Shown here in pieces: positions 19,674 through 28,357 of a stretch of DNA of 64,000 bases. The notes under the pieces are model-generated. The model did no database searches and was not told where the DNA came from. It saw nothing but the letters and a program-made list of their open reading frames with translations. A program made the position numbers and the translations under genes. This DNA comes from Patescibacteria group bacterium. Lineage in GTDB: Bacteria > Patescibacteriota > Patescibacteriia > SG8-24. Position 1 is the stretch's first letter, and each line of letters begins with the position of its first letter. The DNA lies in assembly GCA_041667185.1 (NCBI GenBank), contig JBAYFM010000002.1, positions 23,432 through 87,431 on the forward strand, written 5' to 3'.

Positions 19674-20134
19674 TACGATATGACGACCTTATGACCGCGA
19701 CCTCTCGTCCCACGCCCGCTTTCGGACCACAAGGGATCTTCCTGATCTTCTTGTTCGCGCTCATCTTCAACGCGATCTGGGAAAACCTGCACGCTCCGCT
19801 GTATATCAGCTACCGGGGCCAGACCATCACCGAACTCATCCTGCTCCGGGCCGCGGTCGTGGACGCCGGCATGATCACGCTGCTCGCCCTGCCTTTCATC
19901 TATAATGCGGGCTTCAGGCGCCGTTCCTGGCTCATCATCCCCCTCGGCATCCTGATCGCGGTCTTCCTGGAACTTTACGCCCTGAACTCCGCGCGGTGGG
20001 CTTATACCTCCGATATGCCGCTCGTCCCGTTCCTGGCGGTCGGTCTGACGCCGACGCTCCAGCTCGGGCCTCTCGGTTATCTCGCTTTCTGGATCGTCGA
20101 AAATCTGATGAAGCGCGATGCTCGGATCGGCTGA
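19670..20134 (+). CDS. Hypothetical membrane protein (4-5 TM)
   Basis: 154 aa. Its start overlaps the rlmN stop (ATGA). Hydrophobic segments FLIFLFALIFNAIW, MITLLALPFIY, LIIPLGILIAVFL. Confidence 0.5.
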   Translation: MIRYDDLMTATSRPTPAFGPQGIFLIFLFALIFNAIWENLHAPLYISYRGQTITELILLRAAVVDAGMITLLALPFIYNAGFRRRSWLIIPLGILIAVFLELYALNSARWAYTSDMPLVPFLAVGLTPTLQLGPLGYLAFWIVENLMKRDARIG

Positions 20135-20157
20135 CTGCTCCCAAAACTGACGCCTAC

Positions 20158-20186
20158 AAAAAAACTCCAGCTAGGCTGGAGTTTTG
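20158..20186. terminator. Bidirectional terminator hairpin (AAAAACTCCAGCTAGGCTGGAGTTTT)
   Basis: Between the convergent genes 19670-20134 (+) and 20209-20550 (-). Confidence 0.6.
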
Positions 20187-20208
20187 CGAAAGCTGGGAAA
20201 GACGCGGC

Positions 20209-20550
20209 TCAGTCTTTATGCAGCACCTTTTCCGCAGCGCGAAGACGAGGCACGCCGTTCACCGCGGTCACGATCGCATAGACCTGCCGGCGCGAGGTCC
20301 AGCCGTTCACGCGGCCGTGGTTATTGGCGATCTGCACCTTGTCGCCCTGAACGGCGCTCACCTTGTGGGTGAAAAAACGGCCGCGAACCTTGGCCAGCAC
20401 GATATCGCCCCTCTCGAGTTTGGACGCGTCCACCGGAGCCAGGGTCACTGGCTCGCGATGCCTGATGAGAGGCGCCATCGAATTCCCCGGCTCCCGGTGA
20501 TTCTCTATGGTCTCGCCGCGGGCAAGACGTTCAAGGATCAATGCGTTCAT
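20209..20550 (-). CDS. Small S24/S26-family peptidase-like protein (LexA / signal-peptidase fold)
   Basis: Trimmed to MNALILERLARGE... . Contains GNSMAPLI (the G-x-SM Ser-nucleophile motif of LexA/signal peptidase) and a downstream Lys-containing segment GDIVLAKVRGRFFTHKV. Confidence 0.5.
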   Translation of the reverse strand: MNALILERLARGETIENHREPGNSMAPLIRHREPVTLAPVDASKLERGDIVLAKVRGRFFTHKVSAVQGDKVQIANNHGRVNGWTSRRQVYAIVTAVNGVPRLRAAEKVLHKD

Positions 20551-20759
20551 GCTGCTCTCCTTCTGTTGGCGCGAACGTAACAAGATTTTACGTCTTTGTC
20601 AATCATCGCGCCCGCGGATCCTCCGCCCAGTGCCCTTCAGGATACCGATCGCCCGCGATCTTCTCGCTCCACGCAAGTTGCGGCTGGGCCGCTGGCGACG
20701 AATTGACTTTTCTTATATTATCATATATAATCATACATAAGAGATATATCAGATGATCT

Positions 20760-21815
20760 ATGCCTGATTTCAACAAGAGGATGGACAACCTGCCGCCGAG
20801 CCTCTGGGGCGTCATCGCCAAAATCGATGAGCTGAAGGGTCGCTGGATCCAGGGCGAGTCTCTGCACCCGTATCAGCTCGCCCAGCTCAAGAAATACGTG
20901 CTCGTCACCTCGACCGGCGCCTCGACGCGCATCGAGGGCGCGACCTTGAGCGACGCCGAAGTGGAAAGGCTGATCCGCGGCGTCAGATCCAAAAAGACCG
21001 CCGAACGCGACGAACAGGAAGTCCGCGGCTACTTCGAACTCCTGGAGCGGATCTTCGAGTCCCCTGCCGCCGTCCCCTTCACCGAATCGTCGATCCTGAC
21101 CCTCCACCAAAAGATGCTCAGATACGTCGACAGCGCGGAGCCGCACCGTGGCAAGTACAAGACGGCGGAAAACGTGATTACGGCGATCGGCTCGACCGGC
21201 GGAGCGGCCGTGGTCATGAAGACGACGCCGCCGTACCTCGTCCGTAAAGAGATGGAGTCGCTTCTCGACTGGACCCGTGAGCGGCTGGCGGCCGGGGACA
21301 TTCACCCGCTCGCGGTCATCGCCAACTTCGTCGTCGAGTTCCTGAAGATCCATCCGTTCCAGGACGGCAACGGCCGCCTGTCGCGCATCCTCACGAATCT
21401 CCTGCTCCTCCGGTCCGGCTACGCCTTCGCACCTTGTGTTTCACACGAGAAGATCATCGAGCGCCGGCGGCCGGACTATTATCTGGCCCTGCGCCGCAGT
21501 CAGGCCACCATCGGCACCGGCAAAGAGGACATCGTCCCCTGGGCAGAATTCTTCCTGTCTGTCATCCTGGAGCAGGCCGAGAAAGCCGCCGCGCTCATGG
21601 AAAAGACGGGCATCGAGGAAGTCCTTTCCACCAAGCAGCTCGAGGTCTACAACGCCGTACTCGGCGGCAAGGGAGTGAGCGCTGGCGAGATCGCGGCTTC
21701 GACAGGCGTCGCCAGGCCGACGGTGAACCAGGCGCTCAGCAAACTGATCCGGTTCAAGAAGATCAGCAAGATCGGCATCGGGCGCGGGACCAAGTACTGG
21801 CCGACGAGGAAATAA
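20760..21815 (+). CDS. Fic-family protein (AMPylator/adenylyltransferase fold) with a C-terminal winged-helix domain. An intramolecular inhibitory helix motif is present (class II Fic)
   Basis: Canonical Fic motif HPFQDGNGRLSR. The N-terminal S-T-R-I-E-G segment fits the (S/T)xxxE(G/N) inhibitory motif. C-terminal HTH-like segment AGEIAASTGVARPTVNQALSKLI. An AT-rich promoter-like stretch lies at 20690-20758. Confidence 0.9.
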   Translation: MPDFNKRMDNLPPSLWGVIAKIDELKGRWIQGESLHPYQLAQLKKYVLVTSTGASTRIEGATLSDAEVERLIRGVRSKKTAERDEQEVRGYFELLERIFESPAAVPFTESSILTLHQKMLRYVDSAEPHRGKYKTAENVITAIGSTGGAAVVMKTTPPYLVRKEMESLLDWTRERLAAGDIHPLAVIANFVVEFLKIHPFQDGNGRLSRILTNLLLLRSGYAFAPCVSHEKIIERRRPDYYLALRRSQATIGTGKEDIVPWAEFFLSVILEQAEKAAALMEKTGIEEVLSTKQLEVYNAVLGGKGVSAGEIAASTGVARPTVNQALSKLIRFKKISKIGIGRGTKYWPTRK

Positions 21816-21828
21816 GCGGAGCACAAAA

Positions 21829-21857
21829 ACACGGGTCGATCGCGACCCGTGTTTTGA
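21829..21857 (+). terminator. Rho-independent terminator after the Fic gene
   Basis: ACACGGGTCGATCGCGACCCGTGT hairpin followed by TTTTG. Confidence 0.6.
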
Positions 21858-21937
21858 TTAATCAGATGAACCACCGGCTTGAGTCGGATAAGGTCAGACT
21901 ATTCGGTCAACCGACGCGTCGATATCTCCCTCCGGTG

Positions 21938-22333
21938 TCAGGCACGGCTAACAGTCACAAAAAGTTTGCCGCCGAGCCAGACGAACAGCGGACCAGTGGC
22001 CGCCAACAGCACGGGATACCAGTGATTGCCCAGGTTCCATCCGGATACGGCTCCCGCGACGCCGCCGATGCCACCCAGCACCATCAGCCCCGCCACATGC
22101 CGCATGGGGCGGCTCTTGGCCAGCCGAGCGGTGAGGTAGCCGCCGGCGATCGTATAGATGCTGCGATAGCCGAGCGCAAGCGCGAGCATCCAGGCGGTAT
22201 AGGCCTCGGGATGGACGGCTGGCGGAAACACGCCGGTCGCTTCCAAGGTGCGATCCGTGATCACGGACAAGGCTGCCACGGTGATGAACCCGGCCAGAAC
22301 GACACCGATACTTCGGAAAATTGATCTGATCAT
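21938..22333 (-). CDS. Hypothetical small membrane protein (4 TM)
   Basis: 131 aa, hydrophobic, Gly-rich TM helices (LMVLGGIGGVAGAVSGW). Confidence 0.5.
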   Translation of the reverse strand: MIRSIFRSIGVVLAGFITVAALSVITDRTLEATGVFPPAVHPEAYTAWMLALALGYRSIYTIAGGYLTARLAKSRPMRHVAGLMVLGGIGGVAGAVSGWNLGNHWYPVLLAATGPLFVWLGGKLFVTVSRA

Positions 22334-22360
22334 ACTGGATGCTGAATGGCGCTCGGGATC

Positions 22361-22807
22361 TTAGCTCTCGAGCCTTTTTCTCAGTTCGTCTATGACGGCT
22401 TTCTGCCAGTACTTCATGGAATACCGGCTGATCAGTGGCTGTGCGACTAGGCGGAGCCAGCGTTTATGGATGACGACCTGATAAGTGTAATCGATCAGGG
22501 TTCCTTCCGGGTGTTCGGAGAGCAGCACTTCTTCATGGCCGGAAGTCCCGAATTTCGGGCTTTCATTGTCCGAAACATACCCCTTGCCGGAGAGGATCTG
22601 GGTCTTCATTTTGACCGGGAACTTTTGGCCGAACGATCTGACGGTCGCCTCCATTTCCAGATGATCTCCCTCGCGCCTCACGACTCGTATGGATTCCGCG
22701 ACTTTCGGAAAATACTCAGGAAATTTTTCAAAGTCAGTCATTATGCCAAACACCTCCGTCAAAGGAGCCTTGACGAGCCACTGGGCATGAAGAGCGAGGT
22801 CTTTCAT
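22361..22807 (-). CDS. SRPBCC (START/Bet v1/polyketide-cyclase-like) family protein
   Basis: 148 aa with the typical SRPBCC layout (APLTEVFGIMTDFEKFPEYFPKVAESIRVV...KFPVKMKTQIL...). Confidence 0.65.
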   Translation of the reverse strand: MKDLALHAQWLVKAPLTEVFGIMTDFEKFPEYFPKVAESIRVVRREGDHLEMEATVRSFGQKFPVKMKTQILSGKGYVSDNESPKFGTSGHEEVLLSEHPEGTLIDYTYQVVIHKRWLRLVAQPLISRYSMKYWQKAVIDELRKRLES

Positions 22808-22845
22808 GCAAGAACTATATCAAAAATATCTGTGTCGGGCACGGA

Positions 22846-22925
22846 TAACGTCAGTCAGTCTAAGCCAAAAATGTGCAATTCTTAGGCAACCCGCGGGCAA
22901 CCGAATACGTTATCTAATCAATTTA
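22846..22925. repeat. Copy 1 of an ~80-bp direct repeat that brackets the R-M module (pairs with 27000-27078)
   Basis: cgtcagtcagtctaagccaaaaatgtgcaattcttaggcaacccgcgggcaaccgaatacgttatctaatcaattta versus tgtcagtcagtctaagtcagaagtgtacaattcttgggcaacccgtgggcaaccgaatatattgactaatttaata. About 85% identity, same orientation. Confidence 0.7.
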
Positions 22926-23498
22926 CGAACCAAGAGTCTCTAAAGGATTGTCAGAAATCTCTTCTGCTGTAAAACGTTCATTTGATGCCAAAAAAAACAT
23001 CTGCAAATTTTTGGGTACAAATATCTTTTGTTTCGGCAACTTAATGTGGTGTCTGTAGAGATTGAGGGTCTCAGAAAACAAGTCGTCGAGTATCCTCAAA
23101 CTCCAGAGGCAATCAATGCTTAGTCCGCTCTCTCCAAAACGTGTTGAATCATAAATTTTTGTCAGTTCATTCAAAAAGTCTTTCTTTTGGGAGTCATCTA
23201 GTATCTTTTTGTACTCCGGAATATATGGAAGCGCCCTGCGCATCAACCCGACTAAATTATGTCCTCGCACAAAGTTATCGATATCCTTTCCCGTCGACTC
23301 TTTAATCTCCCTCCAATATATTCGAAGGGCTGCCTTAATACATGATTCCAAACATTGTTGTGCCAATAAACAACCTGTGTCGCAAAGACCCTCAATCAAA
23401 CCTACTCGTGCCAAAATATATGCCTCGCGAGCATTCCTGACTGCGAGCAAAAAAGCAAATATTTTTGTGTCCGGCCCATTCTTCAGTGGTTTTTCCAT
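22923..23498 (-). CDS. HEPN-like helical protein (putative; defense-island context)
   Basis: 191 aa, low GC. All-alpha composition with an R-x4-6-H-like motif (VRGHNLVGLMRRA). It sits directly upstream of the restriction endonuclease gene on the same strand. Confidence 0.4.
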   Translation of the reverse strand: MEKPLKNGPDTKIFAFLLAVRNAREAYILARVGLIEGLCDTGCLLAQQCLESCIKAALRIYWREIKESTGKDIDNFVRGHNLVGLMRRALPYIPEYKKILDDSQKKDFLNELTKIYDSTRFGESGLSIDCLWSLRILDDLFSETLNLYRHHIKLPKQKIFVPKNLQMFFLASNERFTAEEISDNPLETLGS

Positions 23499-23602
23499 AA
23501 CCGCCCCTTTTCTTTTCTAAATCATTGCTGGTATTACTTGAGCAATTCTTGGTCAACCGATGGTCAACCGGACCGGGAAATAACGCGGCTAGGATTTATA
23601 CG

Positions 23603-25012
23603 TCAATTCGATTGCGAGGCTGCTACGATATCTGCTATGAATTTCCTATTTAACCAGAAGCATTTCCTCACATACCTCTTCCCGTCTGGAGCGATGTCTG
23701 TGTCTGCCGCATTACGTGCATGTGGTCGGACATGACAGACCGGGCTCTCGGATTCACGGGGTAAATCATCTATTCTTCCCGCCTTGATCATCTTCACTGT
23801 TTTCTCCCAGACCTTTTTTACCTCGCCCTCAAGGGCGTCTGTCGGCATTGTCCAAAACAATACTTTTTTCAGGACCAATCGACCCGACTCATTCCTCTGG
23901 AAGACGACGAAAAAGAACCGCTGCTGAAATAAGCGTCTTAAATCTGAGTCATCCCAAGTCTGCGCGATGAGATCATTGTAGCGAAATGCGGGGAAAGACA
24001 TGGATTCCTTTGGTGCCCCATGCCGCTCTAACCTGATGGTTTTCATCAGTACTCCTGCCTTTTCGAACTCTTCGATCTTCTTCTTCCGAACACCCAAAAT
24101 AGCTCTCGTGAGGACTGCGATGTAATTTTTTGCGCTCGGATCAAGGATCAACTGCAATTCCGCGTTGATCTCATCAGTGGTCATCCCGATGAATGTCTTG
24201 AATCGTCTGGCGATATATTCCTCGAAGGTCTCGCCGCCCCTATAGGCATTAGAGGCCTTAACGGCTGGCTCCAGCTCTTTCCGTGCGAGCCTCGGGGCCA
24301 GTAGCCGTTCCAATATCGTTGTCACGTATGGCTGCTTGAGGGTCAGCGATCGCTGTTTGGCGTCAGGCCCACGAGGTTGTTTTCTCAACTTCGAGCCCTT
24401 CTGACCAGAGGTGGCGGCACCAAGATACAAGGTATCACCTTCTGATATCTCGTGTGCCCTTCCACCCCTCACCTTCTCGACGATCAGATTCCAATCATCC
24501 CGTATGATCTTCAGGTCGCCGTCGGGATAATCCCAGAGATGTGCGAGCCTGATGAGCGCATCACGATAATCAAAACCTGTCGGTCGGGAACCCCTGCGGT
24601 CTCGCAGGTAAGCGACCAGCAGGAGAAGGGCGTTCTTCTTCAAGAACGAGCTCGTCTCCCATTCTTCAGTGGCCATTTGCTCATAGTCTATGCTGCCCAA
24701 CTTGATCCGCTCCCCCGCGACCAGTTTGTTGTTCTTTCGCTGGTCGATGGGAAAGGACTTCAGCTCCACCCCTGCTTCGGTGAAGTCCGGCGCTGAAATG
24801 TTTCCTGGCGATATCTTGAAGTAATATTCTTCAAGGTCCTGACCAAAACCACCCTTCCCGGCACGTTTCGTGTCAGGAAGGTCAACGGCAATCTTTTCCC
24901 TGAGGCTATGCCCGAGAAGTTCTTGCGCGTAAGCTTCTATTGATTTTGGATCGGTTTGATCGTAATTCATATGTCTGATACGATTATGACGGATGTGGAT
25001 AAGTTCGTCCAA
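23603..25012 (-). CDS. Type II restriction endonuclease of the Sau3AI/MutH family
   Basis: 469 aa. N-terminal KRAGKGGFGQDLEEYYFKISPGNISAPDFTEAGVELKSFPI is collinear with the MutH/Sau3AI catalytic core (KGW-GQLLE...PDF...GIELK). The long C-terminal domain is consistent with the Sau3AI allosteric domain. Paired with an adjacent C5-MTase and Vsr. Confidence 0.7.
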   Translation of the reverse strand: MDELIHIRHNRIRHMNYDQTDPKSIEAYAQELLGHSLREKIAVDLPDTKRAGKGGFGQDLEEYYFKISPGNISAPDFTEAGVELKSFPIDQRKNNKLVAGERIKLGSIDYEQMATEEWETSSFLKKNALLLLVAYLRDRRGSRPTGFDYRDALIRLAHLWDYPDGDLKIIRDDWNLIVEKVRGGRAHEISEGDTLYLGAATSGQKGSKLRKQPRGPDAKQRSLTLKQPYVTTILERLLAPRLARKELEPAVKASNAYRGGETFEEYIARRFKTFIGMTTDEINAELQLILDPSAKNYIAVLTRAILGVRKKKIEEFEKAGVLMKTIRLERHGAPKESMSFPAFRYNDLIAQTWDDSDLRRLFQQRFFFVVFQRNESGRLVLKKVLFWTMPTDALEGEVKKVWEKTVKMIKAGRIDDLPRESESPVCHVRPHARNAADTDIAPDGKRYVRKCFWLNRKFIADIVAASQSN

Positions 25013-25081
25013 TGGCGAAGTTGATCTTCTGTCGATGACCGTCTATAATGATATGGCTATGTTCACCAGTAATACTCTCTT

Positions 25082-26497
25082 ATGATCAAGGGCAAGAAAA
25101 GCAACAAGATCCTCCGCGCAGCAGAATTATTCGCTGGTGTCGGCGGTTTCCGCATCGGACTCGACCGAGCGTCGTCCAGGAACAAACGGTTCGAGACTGT
25201 CTGGGCCAACCAGTGGGAGCCGTCGTCAGGCAAGATACAGCACGCGGCCTGGGTTTACGAACAAGCGTTCTTCAGGTCGCGAGACAAGACGGAGGCCGAG
25301 ATGAAGAAAGGATTCTCTAACATCGACATCAACAAGGTCGTGAACAGCGATGTGAGCATCGCCGACGACATTCCCCCGTTCGACCTGTTGACCGGCGGCT
25401 TTCCCTGCCAAGACTATTCGGTGGCTCGTCCACTCAGCCAGGCCGCCGGACTCAAGGGCAAAAAAGGTGTCCTCTGGTGGAGCATCTATGAAATCCTGCG
25501 GCACAGGATAGACTCTTCGAAGGAAGGGCCTGTCCCCTACCTGTTCCTGGAGAATGTCGACCGTCTCCTGAAATCTCCGGCATCGAATCGGGGGCGCGAT
25601 TTCGCCATCATGCTTTCGACATTGTCCGAACTCGGCTATGTGGTCGAGTGGCGTGTGATAAACGCTGGAGAGTACGGCCTGCCCCAACGCCGTCGTCGCA
25701 CTTACATAGTCGGCTACCACAAGACGACCAGGTTGGCCCAGGAGGCCAGAGCGGCCAAAAATCATCTTGAGTGGGTGCTGCGGAGCGGTGTCGTCGCCAA
25801 AGCCTTCCCGGTGGAGAAGACGTTCGTGCGCGGCGGATTCTTTGGCCTGTCGACCAGACCAGAGGACATCACGAAGCGCTTCGTCCCGCTGGACCCGGAG
25901 GTAGACGTGGATTTCTCCGCTCCATTCCAGAATGCCGGTCTGATGATTGAGGGACGGGTCCATACCGCCAAGACCTCGCCCGTCTTCCATGGCAAACCCC
26001 AGACCTTGGGTGACATCCTGCAACCAGAGGATACGGTTCCGAAGCAATTCTATATCCCTGCGTCAGAGGTAAAGAAATGGGAGCAGCAGAAGGCGGCGCA
26101 TCGATTCGAGAGGACTCACAAGGACGGGCATAAGTATCTGTACGTCGAAGGCAGGCTCCCCTTCCCTGATCCGTTGGATAAGCCCTCGCGCACGATCATA
26201 ACCAGCGAAGGAGGCCGGTCATCATCGCGGTTCAAACATGTCATCGGCGTGCGACAGCGCCCTGGATATCCCAAGGGCCGCACTATCGACGGACAGACTT
26301 ACCTGTACAGACGACTTACGCCGATAGAATTAGAGAGACTCTGCATGTTCGAAGATGACCACACCAGACTGATGTTCAATCCTCTCAAACAGGAGATCTC
26401 TGAGGTGCCGGATACGAAAAGAGCGTTCTTCATGGGGAACGCCCTCGTGGTCGGAGTCATCACCAAGATAGGCCGGGAACTACTTAAACGAGTCTGA
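25082..26497 (+). CDS. DNA (cytosine-5)-methyltransferase (Dcm-type; motif I FxGxG, motif IV PCQ, motif VI ENV)
   Basis: 471 aa. ELFAGVGGFRIGL (motif I), GGFPCQDYSVA (PC motif), LFLENVDRLL (ENV), and the C-terminal target-recognition/motif IX-X region (...FMGNALVVGVITKIG). Confidence 0.9.
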   Translation: MIKGKKSNKILRAAELFAGVGGFRIGLDRASSRNKRFETVWANQWEPSSGKIQHAAWVYEQAFFRSRDKTEAEMKKGFSNIDINKVVNSDVSIADDIPPFDLLTGGFPCQDYSVARPLSQAAGLKGKKGVLWWSIYEILRHRIDSSKEGPVPYLFLENVDRLLKSPASNRGRDFAIMLSTLSELGYVVEWRVINAGEYGLPQRRRRTYIVGYHKTTRLAQEARAAKNHLEWVLRSGVVAKAFPVEKTFVRGGFFGLSTRPEDITKRFVPLDPEVDVDFSAPFQNAGLMIEGRVHTAKTSPVFHGKPQTLGDILQPEDTVPKQFYIPASEVKKWEQQKAAHRFERTHKDGHKYLYVEGRLPFPDPLDKPSRTIITSEGGRSSSRFKHVIGVRQRPGYPKGRTIDGQTYLYRRLTPIELERLCMFEDDHTRLMFNPLKQEISEVPDTKRAFFMGNALVVGVITKIGRELLKRV

Positions 26498-26905
26498 ACT
26501 GTCGCGCAGCAGATCCAAGACCCTGAGCACCGCCCGCTCGGGGTCTTTTTTGATGTCATGCTCCCAAATTCTCAGCACCCGCCATCCGTGGCGTCGCAGA
26601 CCGGCCGTGTGACGCCGATCCCGTGCCCGATTCCGCTCGATCTTATCTCTCCAGAACTTCAGCCGAATCTTATGTTTCCATGCCGGGTAACGATACCCGT
26701 GCCAAAAATCTCCGTCGATGAATACTGCTATTTTATTTTTCGGCAAGGCGATGTCCGGAACCCCGAAAGCGGTGTGATAATGCCGCCGGAACCTGATACC
26801 GACTGCTGATAGTGCGCGAAACATGACCAGTTCCAACGAGGTATTTTTACCTCGAATCTTTGACATGATGATGCTCCGGACCTCTTTTGAAAACCTGTCT
26901 GGCAT
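26480..26905 (-). CDS. vsr: Very-short-patch repair endonuclease Vsr
   Basis: 141 aa. MPDRFSKEVRSIIMSKIRGKNTSLELVMFRALSAVGIRFRRHY...IAVFIDGDFWHGY...WRDKIERNRARDRRHTAGLRRHGWRVLRIWEHD is highly characteristic of Vsr. It overlaps the MTase 3' end convergently. Confidence 0.9.
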   Translation of the reverse strand: MPDRFSKEVRSIIMSKIRGKNTSLELVMFRALSAVGIRFRRHYHTAFGVPDIALPKNKIAVFIDGDFWHGYRYPAWKHKIRLKFWRDKIERNRARDRRHTAGLRRHGWRVLRIWEHDIKKDPERAVLRVLDLLRDSSDSFK

Positions 26906-26999
26906 CGGAGTAATGGTTCGAGACTAGGGCTCGAACCCATGAATCCTTAATTCTTGATCTGACCTATCGTCAGCGGAAACTTCGTCCGTCAGCACTCGT

Positions 27000-27078
27000 C
27001 AGTGTCAGTCAGTCTAAGTCAGAAGTGTACAATTCTTGGGCAACCCGTGGGCAACCGAATATATTGACTAATTTAATA
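27000..27078. repeat. Copy 2 of the ~80-bp direct repeat (pairs with 22846-22925)
   Basis: See copy 1. It carries a plus-strand sigma70-like TTGACT-17-TATCAT arrangement at its 3' end that copy 1 lacks. Confidence 0.7.
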
Positions 27079-27092
27079 TTCATTGATATCAT

Positions 27093-27824
27093 TTAGTCGT
27101 GCTCCGCAAGGGGTGCCCTGCCTGTGGATACAGGTCCGATGTCAAGACCCTCCCCGCCTAACGGCGCGTTGGGTCTTTTGATAATAGTTATATATTTTTT
27201 GATTCTTTGAGCGTTGATTGTAATATCGGCTTTGCGTTTGAATTCGATTCTAGTACTACTGCCGTGAATAAGAATCACGTTCTTTTTAGCTCGCTTCTTT
27301 ACGTGTTCGAGCAGCCCGCCGAAGTCATTATCGCTAGAAAATAAGCATAGAGTATCGAACTTGTCGGCCATCCTTGTAACATCGAGACAAAGTTCGACAT
27401 CGAAATTGCATTTTTGAATCACGATAAATCTATGTCCTTGATCATCGACTTCCGTCGTTCGTGATGTGGCTTTATCATCAGTTTGAATGTAATGGCGTAT
27501 CAGCTGGATGGGTTTTGTTATTGTCGACGAAAACTGATTCCTTGCCTTTTTAATGAGGTGGAGCGACGACGGCCTACTTTCGTCCAGGCCGTAATAGAAT
27601 AAACTTCGGGTCGAAAACCGATTTACGAATTCGCCCAGTCGATTGATGCTTACGACAATTTTTTCTTCCTCTCGTAAAGCTGCACCGGAATCATCGCGCC
27701 TATCTTTTTCGTACCAATAATTTACATTACCAAAATCAATGTACGTATAAATTCGACCCAGTTGGGTTAAATCAATGCGCAAGTCGTCTAAAATAATTTT
27801 AGTTTTTGCTTCATCAAGATTCAT
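27093..27824 (-). CDS. NYN-domain (PIN-like RNase fold) protein
   Basis: Start set at the Met that overlaps the upstream gene's stop (MNLDEAKTKII...); an earlier in-frame Met at 27863 is an alternative. NYN signatures YIDFGNVNYWY and CLFSSDNDFGGLLEHVKK, with acidic residues in VIQKCNFDVELCLDV. Low GC. Confidence 0.65.
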   Translation of the reverse strand: MNLDEAKTKIILDDLRIDLTQLGRIYTYIDFGNVNYWYEKDRRDDSGAALREEEKIVVSINRLGEFVNRFSTRSLFYYGLDESRPSSLHLIKKARNQFSSTITKPIQLIRHYIQTDDKATSRTTEVDDQGHRFIVIQKCNFDVELCLDVTRMADKFDTLCLFSSDNDFGGLLEHVKKRAKKNVILIHGSSTRIEFKRKADITINAQRIKKYITIIKRPNAPLGGEGLDIGPVSTGRAPLAEHD

Positions 27825-28339
27825 AACATCGGGCCCGACTTTTGGCTGATATGCTCGCTGCACCTAAATTCACCAAGTAATTTTAGATATTCCGACTGGC
27901 GACTAGTTTCTACCCACCCATCGGTTAATTTTCCGATGCGTTGCTCGCCGGCAATTACGCTGCACGGTGAGCAATAGAAAGCTTCGGGTGTTGCAACAAA
28001 TAACCAGGAGGGGTTCCAGCGATCGAGCAATTTGGATGCATGCGCGACTATTTGCTCAATATCAAATCGAGTCTGATATTTTACCTCGACAAGATACACT
28101 TCCTTTTTGTTACTCGAAATGAGGACAAAATCTGGGGCGTCCGAAATATTGTTTATTACTTGTTCAATCTCCACAAAATGCCGATACTGCGCCAACGTGG
28201 GCAGGGTGTGTTCGTACCCAAAAGGAATCACGGTATACCGGCCTTCCTTACGAATCATTTGCTCGAACAACACCTCGGCTATGCGACCCCGAATTAATTT
28301 GCGGGCGTAGGATATTTCGTCTGAAAATTTTTCGTCCAT
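27821..28339 (-). CDS. PD-(D/E)xK-like nuclease-fold protein (putative)
   Basis: 172 aa. APDFVLISSNKKEVYLVEVKYQTR gives D...E-V-K spacing typical of the PD-(D/E)xK core. Its stop overlaps the NYN gene start. Low GC. Confidence 0.5.
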   Translation of the reverse strand: MDEKFSDEISYARKLIRGRIAEVLFEQMIRKEGRYTVIPFGYEHTLPTLAQYRHFVEIEQVINNISDAPDFVLISSNKKEVYLVEVKYQTRFDIEQIVAHASKLLDRWNPSWLFVATPEAFYCSPCSVIAGEQRIGKLTDGWVETSRQSEYLKLLGEFRCSEHISQKSGPML

Positions 28340-28357
28340 AAATAGCTGTCAGCGCCC

